DNA of 64,000 bases from a virus (taxonomy: Duplodnaviria > Caudoviricetes). Location: IMG/VR virus record IMGVR_UViG_3300034374_009547; one strand, written 5' to 3'. The position numbers and the translations under genes are program-made. Under the pieces are notes generated by a model. That model had not been told where the DNA came from, made no database searches, and saw only the letters and a program-made list of their open reading frames with translations. Positions 28,397-37,163 of the stretch are shown piece by piece (the first letter of the stretch is position 1; every line of letters begins with the position of its first letter).

Positions 28397-30151
28397 ATGA
28401 GTTGGAAAAAATATTTTACTCCAGTTCCAACTGCTGACAATAGAAATGGCAGTTATTCGCCATTTTCTATGCGAGGTACAGGTAACGTAGGTCCTGCTGC
28501 TGCAAATTATTCTTCTCATTTGCCTGACGTATATGTAGGGTCTCCAAATCGTATTGAACGTTATAATCAATACAATACAATGGATAGTGATAGTGAAGTT
28601 AATGCTGCACTAGATATTCTTGCTGAGTTTTGTTCACAAAAAAACAAACAAAACGATACACATTTTGAAATTGATTTTAAAGGATCACCTACTAACAGCG
28701 AAGTACAAGTTATAGGGCAATATCTAAAGCAATGGTGTAAATTAAATCAATTTGAAACACGTATGTTTAGAACAATACGTAATGCATTTAAATATGGCGA
28801 CCAATTTTTTATTAGAGATCCACAGACACAAAAATGGTATCACGTTGATCCTAGTCAAGTAACAAAAATTATTGTTAACGAAAGCGAAGGAAAAAAGCCT
28901 GAGCAGTATGTTGTTAAAAATTTAAATTTTGCATTTGAAGCACTAGAAGCAACACCTTTAAACACAACTAATAGTTACGGACCTGGAGGAACAAGTCCAG
29001 GATATCAAACGGTTACAAAACAAAGCCAAACAGGTAATCATACACCAAGTGGTAACACAAGTAGATTTGCACAAGAACATGATGAAACTTATGTAGATGC
29101 AAATCATGTTGTACATTTGTCAATGAGTGAAGGACTTGATCAAAACTTTCCATTTGGTAATTCACTATTAGAAAGTATTTTTAAAGTATACAAACAAAAA
29201 GAATTATTAGAAGATGCGATTATTATCTATCGTGTACAACGTGCGCCAGAGCGCAGAGTATTCTACGTTGATGTGGGTAACATGCCTTCACACCTTGCTA
29301 TGCAATTTGTGGAGCGTGTAAAAACGGAAATACACCAAAGACGTATCCCATCCAAGACAGGTGGTGGCACAAATGTTATAGACTCAAGTTATAATCCTCT
29401 GTCAATCAACGAAGATTACTTCTTTCCACAAACTGCTGAAGGGCGTGGCTCAAAAGTTGAAACACTTCCGGGTGGTACCAACTTAGGAGAAATTGATGAC
29501 CTTAGATACTTTACTAATAAGTTGGTACGCGGCTTACGTATCCCAAGTTCGTACTTACCAACTGGAGCAGATGACGGTGCTTCACAATACAATGATGGAC
29601 GTGTGGGTACTGCCTATATTCAAGAACTTCGCTTTAACAAATACTGCGAACGTTTGCAATCCATGGTTGAAGAAGTATTCAACAAAGAGTTCAAACTATT
29701 CTTAGGTTCAAAAGGTGCAAATATTGATTTTGCAATGTTTGACTTAAGGTTAACACCACCACAAAACTTTGCAGCATATAGACAAGCAGAACTTGATAAC
29801 AACAGAATAGGAACGTTTACGCAAATGGCAGGTATACCTTATATCTCAAATAGATTTGCTATGCAACGTTTCTTAGGATTAAGTGCAGAAGAGATTGCAG
29901 AAAACGAACGTTTGTGGAGAGAAGAGAACGACGAAAATCTAGTAGATCTAGTTAACGATGACATGGCAGGTGAAATGCGTGGTGCAGGCCTTAGCGGTGC
30001 TGACCTTGCAGGAGACCTAGGTGGTATGGAAACTGATCTAGAAGGAGACTTGGGCGGCATTGATGGCGGCACTGGAGAAGCACCGGCAACAAATACAGAA
30101 AATGATTTAGGCGGAACACCAGCACCTACTGAAACGGCACAAACTATATAA
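28397..30151 (+). CDS. gp20: Portal vertex protein, T4 gp20-like
   Basis: LLEDAIIIYRVQRAPERRVFYVDVGNMP...EDYFFP...GRGSKVETLPGG.NLGEIDDLRYF.NKL.RGLRIP.S is the hallmark gp20 block. Confidence 0.95.
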   Translation: MSWKKYFTPVPTADNRNGSYSPFSMRGTGNVGPAAANYSSHLPDVYVGSPNRIERYNQYNTMDSDSEVNAALDILAEFCSQKNKQNDTHFEIDFKGSPTNSEVQVIGQYLKQWCKLNQFETRMFRTIRNAFKYGDQFFIRDPQTQKWYHVDPSQVTKIIVNESEGKKPEQYVVKNLNFAFEALEATPLNTTNSYGPGGTSPGYQTVTKQSQTGNHTPSGNTSRFAQEHDETYVDANHVVHLSMSEGLDQNFPFGNSLLESIFKVYKQKELLEDAIIIYRVQRAPERRVFYVDVGNMPSHLAMQFVERVKTEIHQRRIPSKTGGGTNVIDSSYNPLSINEDYFFPQTAEGRGSKVETLPGGTNLGEIDDLRYFTNKLVRGLRIPSSYLPTGADDGASQYNDGRVGTAYIQELRFNKYCERLQSMVEEVFNKEFKLFLGSKGANIDFAMFDLRLTPPQNFAAYRQAELDNNRIGTFTQMAGIPYISNRFAMQRFLGLSAEEIAENERLWREENDENLVDLVNDDMAGEMRGAGLSGADLAGDLGGMETDLEGDLGGIDGGTGEAPATNTENDLGGTPAPTETAQTI

Positions 30152-30154
30152 ATA
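30147..30154 (+). promoter_or_regulatory. T4-consensus late promoter TATAAATA, 5 nt before the ATG
   Basis: Exact TATAAATA overlapping the portal stop. Confidence 0.6.
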
Positions 30155-30159
30155 ATAAT

Positions 30160-30411
30160 ATGATACTACGAGAACTATATTACTTCGATAAAGATACAAT
30201 GGAACCAGTTGAGGACGAAACATACGATCCGCAAGACGACCAAAGTGTGATTAAAGTTGATGATACAAGAAAAAGTAGACTAACATTAAAAGATATAAAC
30301 AAAGCCCGCAAAGCCAGTGATGCACATAGAAAAGAGTCAATGAAAGATCTAAACTACATTAGACAAATGTACGGATTAGCAGCTCAAGCAGCACTTGGCG
30401 GAGGCGTATGA
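30160..30411 (+). CDS. Hypothetical protein (83 aa) in the head module
   Basis: ORF between the portal and downstream genes; overlaps the next start. Confidence 0.75.
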   Translation: MILRELYYFDKDTMEPVEDETYDPQDDQSVIKVDDTRKSRLTLKDINKARKASDAHRKESMKDLNYIRQMYGLAAQAALGGGV

Positions 30412-31013
30412 TAAAAAGAGCATTTGTTTTAGGTAACGGTGTCAGCAGAAAAAAAATCCATCCAAACTACTTAAAGGAAATAGGCAAAGTCTATGGATGT
30501 AATGCCTTGTATAGAGAATTTGCTCCTGATCATTTAGTTTGTGTAGACACTAAAATGATTATAGAATTATCTCAAACTGAATATTACAAAAATAATAGTG
30601 TTTGGAGTAATTCAAATAAAGTTACAAAAGGTTTACCTCAAATTAATATTATGAATCCAAACAAAGGATGGAGTAGTGGACCTACTGCATTACTTTTAGC
30701 TAGTCAACATTCATATGACGAAATTTACATTTTAGGTTTTGATTATGAAGGAATTGGAAAAGATAAGCAATTTGTTAATAACATATATGCTGGATCGCAA
30801 AATTATAAAAGAACAGAAGACAGAGCAACTTATTTTGGAAATTGGACAAGACAAACTATGATGTGTATAAATCAGTTTCCAAAAACTAAATACTATCGAA
30901 TAATAGAAAATGAAGGATTTATACCAGATCATTTAAAAGATTTACCCAATCTAACACATATAGATGTTGAAAATTTTGTAGAAAAATTCAACATCACCAC
31001 TTCAATACACTAA
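30408..31013 (+). CDS. DUF115/MAF-like glycosyltransferase-related protein
   Basis: AFVLGNGVSR...VYGCNALY...PDHLVCVD...SSGPTAL...IYILGFD resembles the MAF_flag10/sialyltransferase-like pattern. Confidence 0.6.
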   Translation: MIKRAFVLGNGVSRKKIHPNYLKEIGKVYGCNALYREFAPDHLVCVDTKMIIELSQTEYYKNNSVWSNSNKVTKGLPQINIMNPNKGWSSGPTALLLASQHSYDEIYILGFDYEGIGKDKQFVNNIYAGSQNYKRTEDRATYFGNWTRQTMMCINQFPKTKYYRIIENEGFIPDHLKDLPNLTHIDVENFVEKFNITTSIH

Positions 31014-31060
31014 AATACGCTGTTTTGACCCCATTTTACACGTATATTTTCTAAAAAGTG

Positions 31061-31066
31061 TAAATA
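31061..31066 (+). promoter_or_regulatory. Putative late promoter core (TAAATA) for the head operon
   Basis: Upstream of AGGAG SD (31089-93) and ATG 31100. Confidence 0.6.
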
Positions 31067-31099
31067 TAACTGACAGCCTTGACAATAAAGGAGAATGAC

Positions 31100-32086
31100 A
31101 TGACTGATCGCAATAAGTTTGAAGAAATGCTTGAGCGTCTCGTCAATGAAGACAGAGAAGGTGCAGAAGCATTGTTCCACGAAATCGTGGTAGAAAAATC
31201 AAGAGATATTTACGAATCACTACTTGAAGATGAAGAAGAAGTAGAAGAAACAACTGATGAAGAAGTTGATGAAGCTACAGATGAAGAAGTAGATGAATCA
31301 GAAGAAGACCTAGACGAAGCAACTGATGAAGAAGTAGACGAAGCTGCTGATGAAGATTTAGATGAATCTGATGAAGAAGTTGAAGAAATGTTTGATGTTG
31401 CAGAAGGTGACCCAGTAGACGACATGATGGGCGACATTGCAATGGACGGTGGCGACGACATGGATATGGAACCAGAAATGGGTGACGACGACATGGGTAT
31501 GGGTGACGAAGAAGGCGATGTAGAAGATCGTGTTGCTGACCTAGAAGACGAATTAGAAGCTCTAAAAGCAGAATTTGAAGCTATGATGGGCGACGAAGAG
31601 CCAGGTGATGAAGAGCCAGGTGATGAAATGCCAATGGACATGGATTCAGAAGAAGGCGACGACGAAGAAGAAGCCGAAGAAGAATCATATGCTTTTGAAG
31701 ACGAAGAAGTAGATGAAGCAGCTGACGAAGAAGTTGAAGAGTCAAAATCAGCAAAATCACATGCAGAGATTATGCGTGAATACACAGATAAAGTGTCAGC
31801 AACAATGGGTGACAATGGCGCAAATGCAAAATCACCAGTAGCAAAGCCAAACAACATGGGCGGCACATCAGCAAACATCGCAAAAGGCGGTTCAGCTGAC
31901 GAAAGCGGTACAGGTGCAAGTGCTCCAAAAGAAGATAACGCTGGTAACGTAAACGTTCCTGGCGCGAAAGGTGCTACTAAGTTAGCATCACAACCTGGCC
32001 ACGGCGCTGAGAAAAAGGGCAAGCCAGAGACAGCCGATAAAGGTGCAGGTTCACCTCTAAACGGTGCTCCAAAAAGAGCGAAGTAA
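31100..32086 (+). CDS. Highly acidic prohead core/internal protein
   Basis: Asp/Glu-rich EEVDE-type repeats, directly upstream of the prohead protease. ATG 31100 with AGGAG SD is preferred over the track start 31079. Confidence 0.75.
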   Translation: MTDRNKFEEMLERLVNEDREGAEALFHEIVVEKSRDIYESLLEDEEEVEETTDEEVDEATDEEVDESEEDLDEATDEEVDEAADEDLDESDEEVEEMFDVAEGDPVDDMMGDIAMDGGDDMDMEPEMGDDDMGMGDEEGDVEDRVADLEDELEALKAEFEAMMGDEEPGDEEPGDEMPMDMDSEEGDDEEEAEEESYAFEDEEVDEAADEEVEESKSAKSHAEIMREYTDKVSATMGDNGANAKSPVAKPNNMGGTSANIAKGGSADESGTGASAPKEDNAGNVNVPGAKGATKLASQPGHGAEKKGKPETADKGAGSPLNGAPKRAK

Positions 32087-32096
32087 GGACTGACGT

Positions 32097-32720
32097 ATGA
32101 GACTACTGAACGAACATTTGAGCTTTGATGCTGCTAAAATGGTTGTTGAGTCTGCCAACGAAGGCAAAGATCTTTACATGAAAGGTATTTGCATTCAAGG
32201 CGGAGTACGCAACGCAAATCAGCGTGTTTATCCCGTTAACGAGATTGGCAGGGCTGTCACCACACTCAACGAACAAATTAGTGGTGGCTACTCAGTGTTA
32301 GGCGAAGTAGATCATCCAGATGGACTTAATATTAACTTAGATCGTGTAAGCCATATGATTACAGAAATGTGGATGGATGGCCCAAACGGTTACGGTAAAC
32401 TAAAAGTACTACCAACTCCGATGGGACAATTAGTTAAAACAATGCTAGAAAGCGGCGTTAAACTAGGTGTTTCATCGAGAGGTAGTGGTAATGTAAGCGA
32501 AAGCGGTAACGGTGAAGTATCAGATTTTGAAATTATTACCGTAGACGTTGTGGCGCAGCCAAGTGCGCCAGGCGCATACCCAACACCGATATACGAACAC
32601 CTTATGAACACCCGAGGAGGGTATAAGGCGTTCCAAACATCAAGGGAAGTTCAAGGCGACAAACAGGCACAAAAATATTTAAAAGAGAGCTTATTAGATG
32701 TAATAAGCAAACTCCGCTAA
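32097..32720 (+). CDS. gp21: Prohead protease, T4 gp21-like
   Basis: NANQRVYP, LGEVDHP, NLDRVSH, KLGVSSRGSG and DVVAQPSAPGAY. Confidence 0.93.
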   Translation: MRLLNEHLSFDAAKMVVESANEGKDLYMKGICIQGGVRNANQRVYPVNEIGRAVTTLNEQISGGYSVLGEVDHPDGLNINLDRVSHMITEMWMDGPNGYGKLKVLPTPMGQLVKTMLESGVKLGVSSRGSGNVSESGNGEVSDFEIITVDVVAQPSAPGAYPTPIYEHLMNTRGGYKAFQTSREVQGDKQAQKYLKESLLDVISKLR

Positions 32721-32737
32721 CTAGGAGAGGATATAAA

Positions 32738-33829
32738 ATGTTAGATGCACTAAAATCACTCTTCGAAAACACTGCACTATCGGAAGAAGTGCGCTCAGAA
32801 CTAGAAGAAGCATGGAACGCAAAGGTGAAAGAAAATCGCCTTCAGGTCACTGCGGAACTACGTGAAGAATTTGCTAAAAAGTATGAGCATGATAAAGACA
32901 CAATGGTTGAAGCCATTGATGCTATGATGACTGAGAAACTTAGCGAAGAAATTGCAGAATTCCAAGAAGATCGTAAGCAATTAGCTGAAGCAAAAGCAAA
33001 ATTTGCTATTGCACAGCGTAAAAATGCTAATCTAATGAAATCATTTGTTAGTGAACAACTAGCAAAAGAAATCAAAGAACTACACTCAGATCAAAAAGCA
33101 ATGGCTGACAAGTTTGTTGCTCTAGAAGAGTTTGTAGTTGAGTCGCTTGCAAAAGAACTTGCAGAGTTTTATGAAGACAAAAAAGATCTTGCTGAAACAA
33201 AAGTACGTCTTGTACGTGAAGGCAAAGCTCATGTCAATAAAGTTAAAAAAGACTTTATTGAAAAAAGTGCAGCGTTGGTATCTGAAACCGTGTCAAAAGG
33301 TCTTAAAAAAGAGATCTCGGCACTTAAAGAAGATATTGATCAAGCACGTAAAAATGATTTCGGTCGTAAATTATTCGAAGCATTTGCTAACGAATATTCA
33401 CATAGCTATTTAAATGAGAAATCAGAAACAGCTAAACTTTTAAAAGTTATTGACGCAAAAGACAAGCAACTTTCAGAAGCTAAAAATGTGGCGGCGAAAG
33501 CAGTAAAACTTGTGGAAAACAAAGAATCGCAAATTAAAACAATTAACGAATCGGTGGCCCGCAAAGAAACAATTAGCGGTCTAATCTCACCATTGAGCAA
33601 AGACCAACAATCAATTATGATGGATTTACTGGAATCAGTTCAAACAGCAAAACTACGTTCTGCTTTTGATAAGTATCTACCGGCAGTATTAGACGGTAAA
33701 GGTCCAGCAAAACAAAAGGCAGTATTAGCAGAGGCAAAAGAAGTAACAGGCAACAGAACACAAAATGACGTAAAAGCAGACGTAGATCACAATGTGATTG
33801 ATATAAAACGTCTAGCTGGATTAAATTAA
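32738..33829 (+). CDS. gp22: Prohead scaffolding/core protein, T4 gp22-like
   Basis: Coiled-coil E/K/A-rich 363-aa protein between the protease and the major capsid gene, with AGGAGAGG SD. Confidence 0.8.
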   Translation: MLDALKSLFENTALSEEVRSELEEAWNAKVKENRLQVTAELREEFAKKYEHDKDTMVEAIDAMMTEKLSEEIAEFQEDRKQLAEAKAKFAIAQRKNANLMKSFVSEQLAKEIKELHSDQKAMADKFVALEEFVVESLAKELAEFYEDKKDLAETKVRLVREGKAHVNKVKKDFIEKSAALVSETVSKGLKKEISALKEDIDQARKNDFGRKLFEAFANEYSHSYLNEKSETAKLLKVIDAKDKQLSEAKNVAAKAVKLVENKESQIKTINESVARKETISGLISPLSKDQQSIMMDLLESVQTAKLRSAFDKYLPAVLDGKGPAKQKAVLAEAKEVTGNRTQNDVKADVDHNVIDIKRLAGLN

Positions 33830-33839
33830 GGAGAAACCT

Positions 33840-35012
33840 ATGTCAGAACTACTAGAAAGTCGCTGGCAAGATACAAAAACAGCACTTCTTGAAGGCCTAT
33901 CAGGCAATAAGAAAGCAGTAATGGCTTCAACATTAGAAAATACTCGCAAGTATTTGGCTGAAACTGCAACTGCTGGTGCTACATCTGCCGGTAACATCGC
34001 AACACTTAACCGTGTTATCCTACCAGTGATTAGACGTGTTATGCCAACCGTCATCGCTAATGAAATCGTTGGTGTTCAACCAATGACTGGACCAGTTGGT
34101 CAAATTCACACACTACGTGTTCGCTACAGCGACACAGCAGGCTCAGGCGCAGCAGGCGCAGTAGCTGGTGAAGAAGCACTATCACCATTCAAAATCGCAG
34201 AAGCATATTCAGGTAATGCTACAACAGCAAAAGCTGATGCAACTGCGGCACTAGAAGGTGCAGCTGGTAACAGACTAAGCATCCAGATCTTGAAACAGAC
34301 CGTGGAAGCTAAATCACGTAAGCTATCAGCACGTTGGACATTTGAAGCGGCACAAGACGCTCAAGCACAACACGGTATCGACGTAGAAGCAGAAATCATG
34401 GCTGCACTAGCACAAGAGATTACTGCAGAAATCGACCAAGAGATTCTAGCATCTCTAAACACACTAGCAGGAACAGGTACAGACACATTTAACCAAGCGG
34501 CTGTATCAGGTACTGCAACATTCGTTGGTGACGAACATGCTGCACTAGCAGTATTAGTTAACCGCGCAGCAAACCGCATCGCACAGCGTACACGCCGTGG
34601 TGCAGGTAACTGGGCTGTTGTTTCACCAGCAATCCTAACCGTACTACAAAGTGCAACTACATCAGCATTTGCACGTACTACAGAGGGTACATTTGAAGCA
34701 CCGACAAACACAAAAATGGTTGGTACATTGAACAATGCAATGAAAGTATATGTAAACACATATGCAGCAGACGACGATGTACTAGTTGGTTACAAAGGTA
34801 CTAGCGAATCAGACGCAGCAGCGTTCTACTGCCCATACATCCCATTGATGAGCAGTGGCGTTGTACTAGATCCGACATCATTCGAACCAGTTGTGAGCTT
34901 CATGACACGTTACGGATATGTTGAGCTATCAAACACAGCATCGTCGCTAGGTAACGCAGCTGACTACCTAGAAAAGGTAGAAGTAAACAGCGGAAACCTA
35001 AGCTTCAGCTAA
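33840..35012 (+). CDS. gp23: Major capsid protein, T4 gp23-like
   Basis: VIRRVMPTVIANEIVGVQPMTGPVGQI, VEAKSRKLSARWTFEAAQD, EITAEIDQEI, FYCPYIPL and TRYG. Confidence 0.95.
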   Translation: MSELLESRWQDTKTALLEGLSGNKKAVMASTLENTRKYLAETATAGATSAGNIATLNRVILPVIRRVMPTVIANEIVGVQPMTGPVGQIHTLRVRYSDTAGSGAAGAVAGEEALSPFKIAEAYSGNATTAKADATAALEGAAGNRLSIQILKQTVEAKSRKLSARWTFEAAQDAQAQHGIDVEAEIMAALAQEITAEIDQEILASLNTLAGTGTDTFNQAAVSGTATFVGDEHAALAVLVNRAANRIAQRTRRGAGNWAVVSPAILTVLQSATTSAFARTTEGTFEAPTNTKMVGTLNNAMKVYVNTYAADDDVLVGYKGTSESDAAAFYCPYIPLMSSGVVLDPTSFEPVVSFMTRYGYVELSNTASSLGNAADYLEKVEVNSGNLSFS

Positions 35013-35032
35013 GTTTAAACTTATATGATTTT

Positions 35033-35060
35033 AAAATAGGCCCTACGGGGCCTATTTTTT
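35033..35060 (+). terminator. Intrinsic terminator after the major capsid gene
   Basis: AAAATAGGCCC-TACG-GGGCCTATTTT followed by a T run. Confidence 0.9.
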
Positions 35061-35074
35061 TGGTATATATTACA

Positions 35075-35914
35075 ATGAAGTTTAATGTTAATAAACATAT
35101 TGAATATAGAAACAATCGATTTACCAAAGTATCAATATCTAATCCTAAGTTATTAGGATTAGCTACAATAGAAATTAATCCAACAGAATTATGCAACAGA
35201 ACTTGTAGTTTTTGTCCTAGAGTTAATCCTTTATTATATCCAAATCGTAATTTAAATATGACAATAGAAACAGCTCAATTAATTGTTGAACAATTATTAG
35301 ATGCTGAGTATAATGGAGATATTAATATTACAGGATTTGGCGAACCATTATTAAATAAAGACATTGTACAAATATGTACTATATTTTCTAAACATTATCA
35401 TACTGAATTAATAACAAACGGCGATAATATTTTAAATGGTAAAATTACTTTACAAGATTTAGAATTCTTAGATTTATTAATTATTGATTGTTACGATGGC
35501 AAAGAACAAGTAAAAAAATTTAAAAATTTACTTAAAAATAAAAAAAATAAATTTATATTGCGTCCACATTATGACACTGGAGATCCTGCATTAATTAATC
35601 AATATGGATTTAACAACAGAGGTGGATTATTATACAAAAAATCTAACAGCAATCCTTGTTATATGCCGTCATATAAAGGATTTATAGATTGGAATGGAGA
35701 TGTAAGACTTTGTTGTAATGATTGGAGTAGGAAGCAATTACCATTTGGAAATATACATAATAATACATTTTCAAAAATATGGATGAATAATAATTTTGTA
35801 AAATTAAGACAAGAATTATACAACGGTAATAGAAATTTTAGTAATGCTTGCGAGACTTGTGATGTATGTGGTACAAAAGTAGGAAAAAATAGTGCTGAAT
35901 TATTTTTAAGCTAA
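35075..35914 (+). CDS. Radical SAM protein with SPASM/twitch domain
   Basis: CNRTCSFC (CxxxCxxC), GFGEPLL, and C-terminal PCYMP...IDWNGDVRLCCND...GNI...CETC. ATG 35075 is preferred because the track start lies inside the terminator. Confidence 0.85.
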   Translation: MKFNVNKHIEYRNNRFTKVSISNPKLLGLATIEINPTELCNRTCSFCPRVNPLLYPNRNLNMTIETAQLIVEQLLDAEYNGDINITGFGEPLLNKDIVQICTIFSKHYHTELITNGDNILNGKITLQDLEFLDLLIIDCYDGKEQVKKFKNLLKNKKNKFILRPHYDTGDPALINQYGFNNRGGLLYKKSNSNPCYMPSYKGFIDWNGDVRLCCNDWSRKQLPFGNIHNNTFSKIWMNNNFVKLRQELYNGNRNFSNACETCDVCGTKVGKNSAELFLS

Positions 35915-35921
35915 GTACATA

Positions 35922-36623
35922 ATGGATATTAGTATTGAAAAAACTCCAAAACAAAAGTTAAGTAAATATGCAATTGATACTGCAAGCGGTATTAGTATTA
36001 CTCATTTGCCTAACACAAGTCTTTCAAAGGTAAAAGATGCAGCAATAGAAATTAATGATTTAGCTGGAAGTTCAAAAGCTATGGCACATATTGCTGCACG
36101 TAATATACAAAGTGAAACTGAACTACATGAAAATTGTATTGCAATGCGCAAAGCAGGTGTTGATAAAGTTTTACTTATTGGAGGCAGTACGTATCATGGA
36201 AAAGTTTTTCAAACATTTTATGAAGTAAGAGATGCTATAGAATCATATGGCTTTGATATGTATTGTGGTGTATATCCACAAAGTGAAACTTACTCTAACA
36301 TGGCATACACAAAGTATTTGCATTTTAAAGGAGGAATAAGTCAACTATGTTTCAATCCTAAAATGTTAAATACTTGGGAAAAGAAGACACGGTACGGTGT
36401 TGCAACTAACTGCTCTCTAGACGGTTTATGGAAATATGCAAAAATTTGTGGAATAACAGATAGTGTTGCTTATGCATTAGGCAATTTAAGAGGATTAACA
36501 TACGTTACTATGAAAGGATTTAACACGGTAAAGTTTGTAAAAGATTTAAGAAATGACAATCCTATACATCTTTATAATTTTGGAAAGTTAGATCAAACAC
36601 TATTACAATTGGAGATGATGTAA
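35922..36623 (+). CDS. Divergent methylenetetrahydrofolate reductase (MetF)-like protein
   Basis: SIEKTP, SITHLP, AHIAARNI, AGVDKVLLIGG, GVYP, SQLCFN and KYAKICGI resemble short MTHFR-family proteins (by recall, not searched). Confidence 0.6.
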   Translation: MDISIEKTPKQKLSKYAIDTASGISITHLPNTSLSKVKDAAIEINDLAGSSKAMAHIAARNIQSETELHENCIAMRKAGVDKVLLIGGSTYHGKVFQTFYEVRDAIESYGFDMYCGVYPQSETYSNMAYTKYLHFKGGISQLCFNPKMLNTWEKKTRYGVATNCSLDGLWKYAKICGITDSVAYALGNLRGLTYVTMKGFNTVKFVKDLRNDNPIHLYNFGKLDQTLLQLEMM

Positions 36624-36820
36624 TGCCAACAGGAACAATTTACAAATATAATAAAAATAGAAAGTTTAGTGTTATTAGACCTGATAACTGGAAAACAGGA
36701 TTAATTGATGTACTATTTGAAACAATTACTTTTGATGCAAAACTAGGTGATCGTGTTGAATACGATCAAATACAAATAAAAAGTAAAAGATATGCACAAA
36801 ATCTTAAAAAAATAGGTTGA
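36623..36820 (+). CDS. Cold-shock-domain-like small OB-fold protein
   Basis: MPTGTIYKYNKNRKFSVIRPD...GDRVEY...AQNLK aligns with the CspA pattern (TG.V..FN..KGFGFI.PD...G.RVEF...A.NV), but RNP1/RNP2 are degenerate. Confidence 0.6.
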   Translation: MPTGTIYKYNKNRKFSVIRPDNWKTGLIDVLFETITFDAKLGDRVEYDQIQIKSKRYAQNLKKIG

Positions 36821-36845
36821 CCTTTGTGTATTCTTTTGCTATATT
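36817..36845 (+). promoter_or_regulatory. sigma70-type promoter for a non-coding unit
   Basis: TTGACC(36817-22)-N17-TATATT(36840-45). Confidence 0.7.
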
Positions 36846-36851
36846 AAGAAC

Positions 36852-37100
36852 ATAACAAAGACGACGGTCCGAGTTAGATAGTGCAAGGAAACGCTGCTTG
36901 GTAGAGGCAGTAACTTGGCTAGTAGTTGTAGTGACAGCGCATGAGCAAGGAGACTTGAAGATGTGTTTTTGGAAGTAACTATCCGATGCTAGGCTTCGCT
37001 TTTATGGAAGGATCTACAAAGGCGATTGTTGGTAATCCTTAATCCAACCTATCATATATTATTAATCGTAATACGCGATGCTGAACCTCGATTAATAAAT
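36852..37100 (+). ncRNA. Candidate structured non-coding RNA (family not recognised)
   Basis: ORF-free unit between a promoter and a terminator. Helices: CCGAGTT/AACTTGG (36869-75/36912-18), GATAGT/ACTATC (36877-82/36978-83), GCTGCTT/AGGCAGT (36893-911), CAAG-GAGA-CTTG (36946-57), hairpins 36997-37024 and 37028-48, TTATTAATCG/CGATTAATAA (37059-68/37089-98). Confidence 0.65.
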
Positions 37101-37101
37101 T

Positions 37102-37131
37102 AAAAAGGTCTACTCTGGTAGGCCTTTTTTT
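37102..37131 (+). terminator. Intrinsic terminator
   Basis: AAAAAGGTCTAC-TCTG-GTAGGCCTTTTT followed by a T run. Confidence 0.85.
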
Positions 37132-37163
37132 GTGAACATAATAACCCATTTTTATGTTTTTGA

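Noticed and set aside
31230-31400. GAAGAAGTAGATGAA-type DNA repeats as a repeat array
   Set aside because: They are explained by EEVDE peptide repeats within the acidic core protein.
31210-32022. 270-aa Ser-rich minus-strand ORF
   Set aside because: Antisense shadow of the GAA/GAT-rich acidic core gene.
23400-37131. tRNA, tmRNA, RNase P, group I intron or CRISPR identity for the two non-coding regions
   Set aside because: I found no cloverleaf or TTCGA T-loop, no tmRNA termini, no RNase P end motifs, no interrupted host gene, and no repeat-spacer periodicity.
31029-37152. CCCATTTT upstream of TAAATA at 31030 and 37145 as a second promoter element
   Set aside because: Spacing to the core differs (31 vs 19 nt), and I did not see it at other late promoters.
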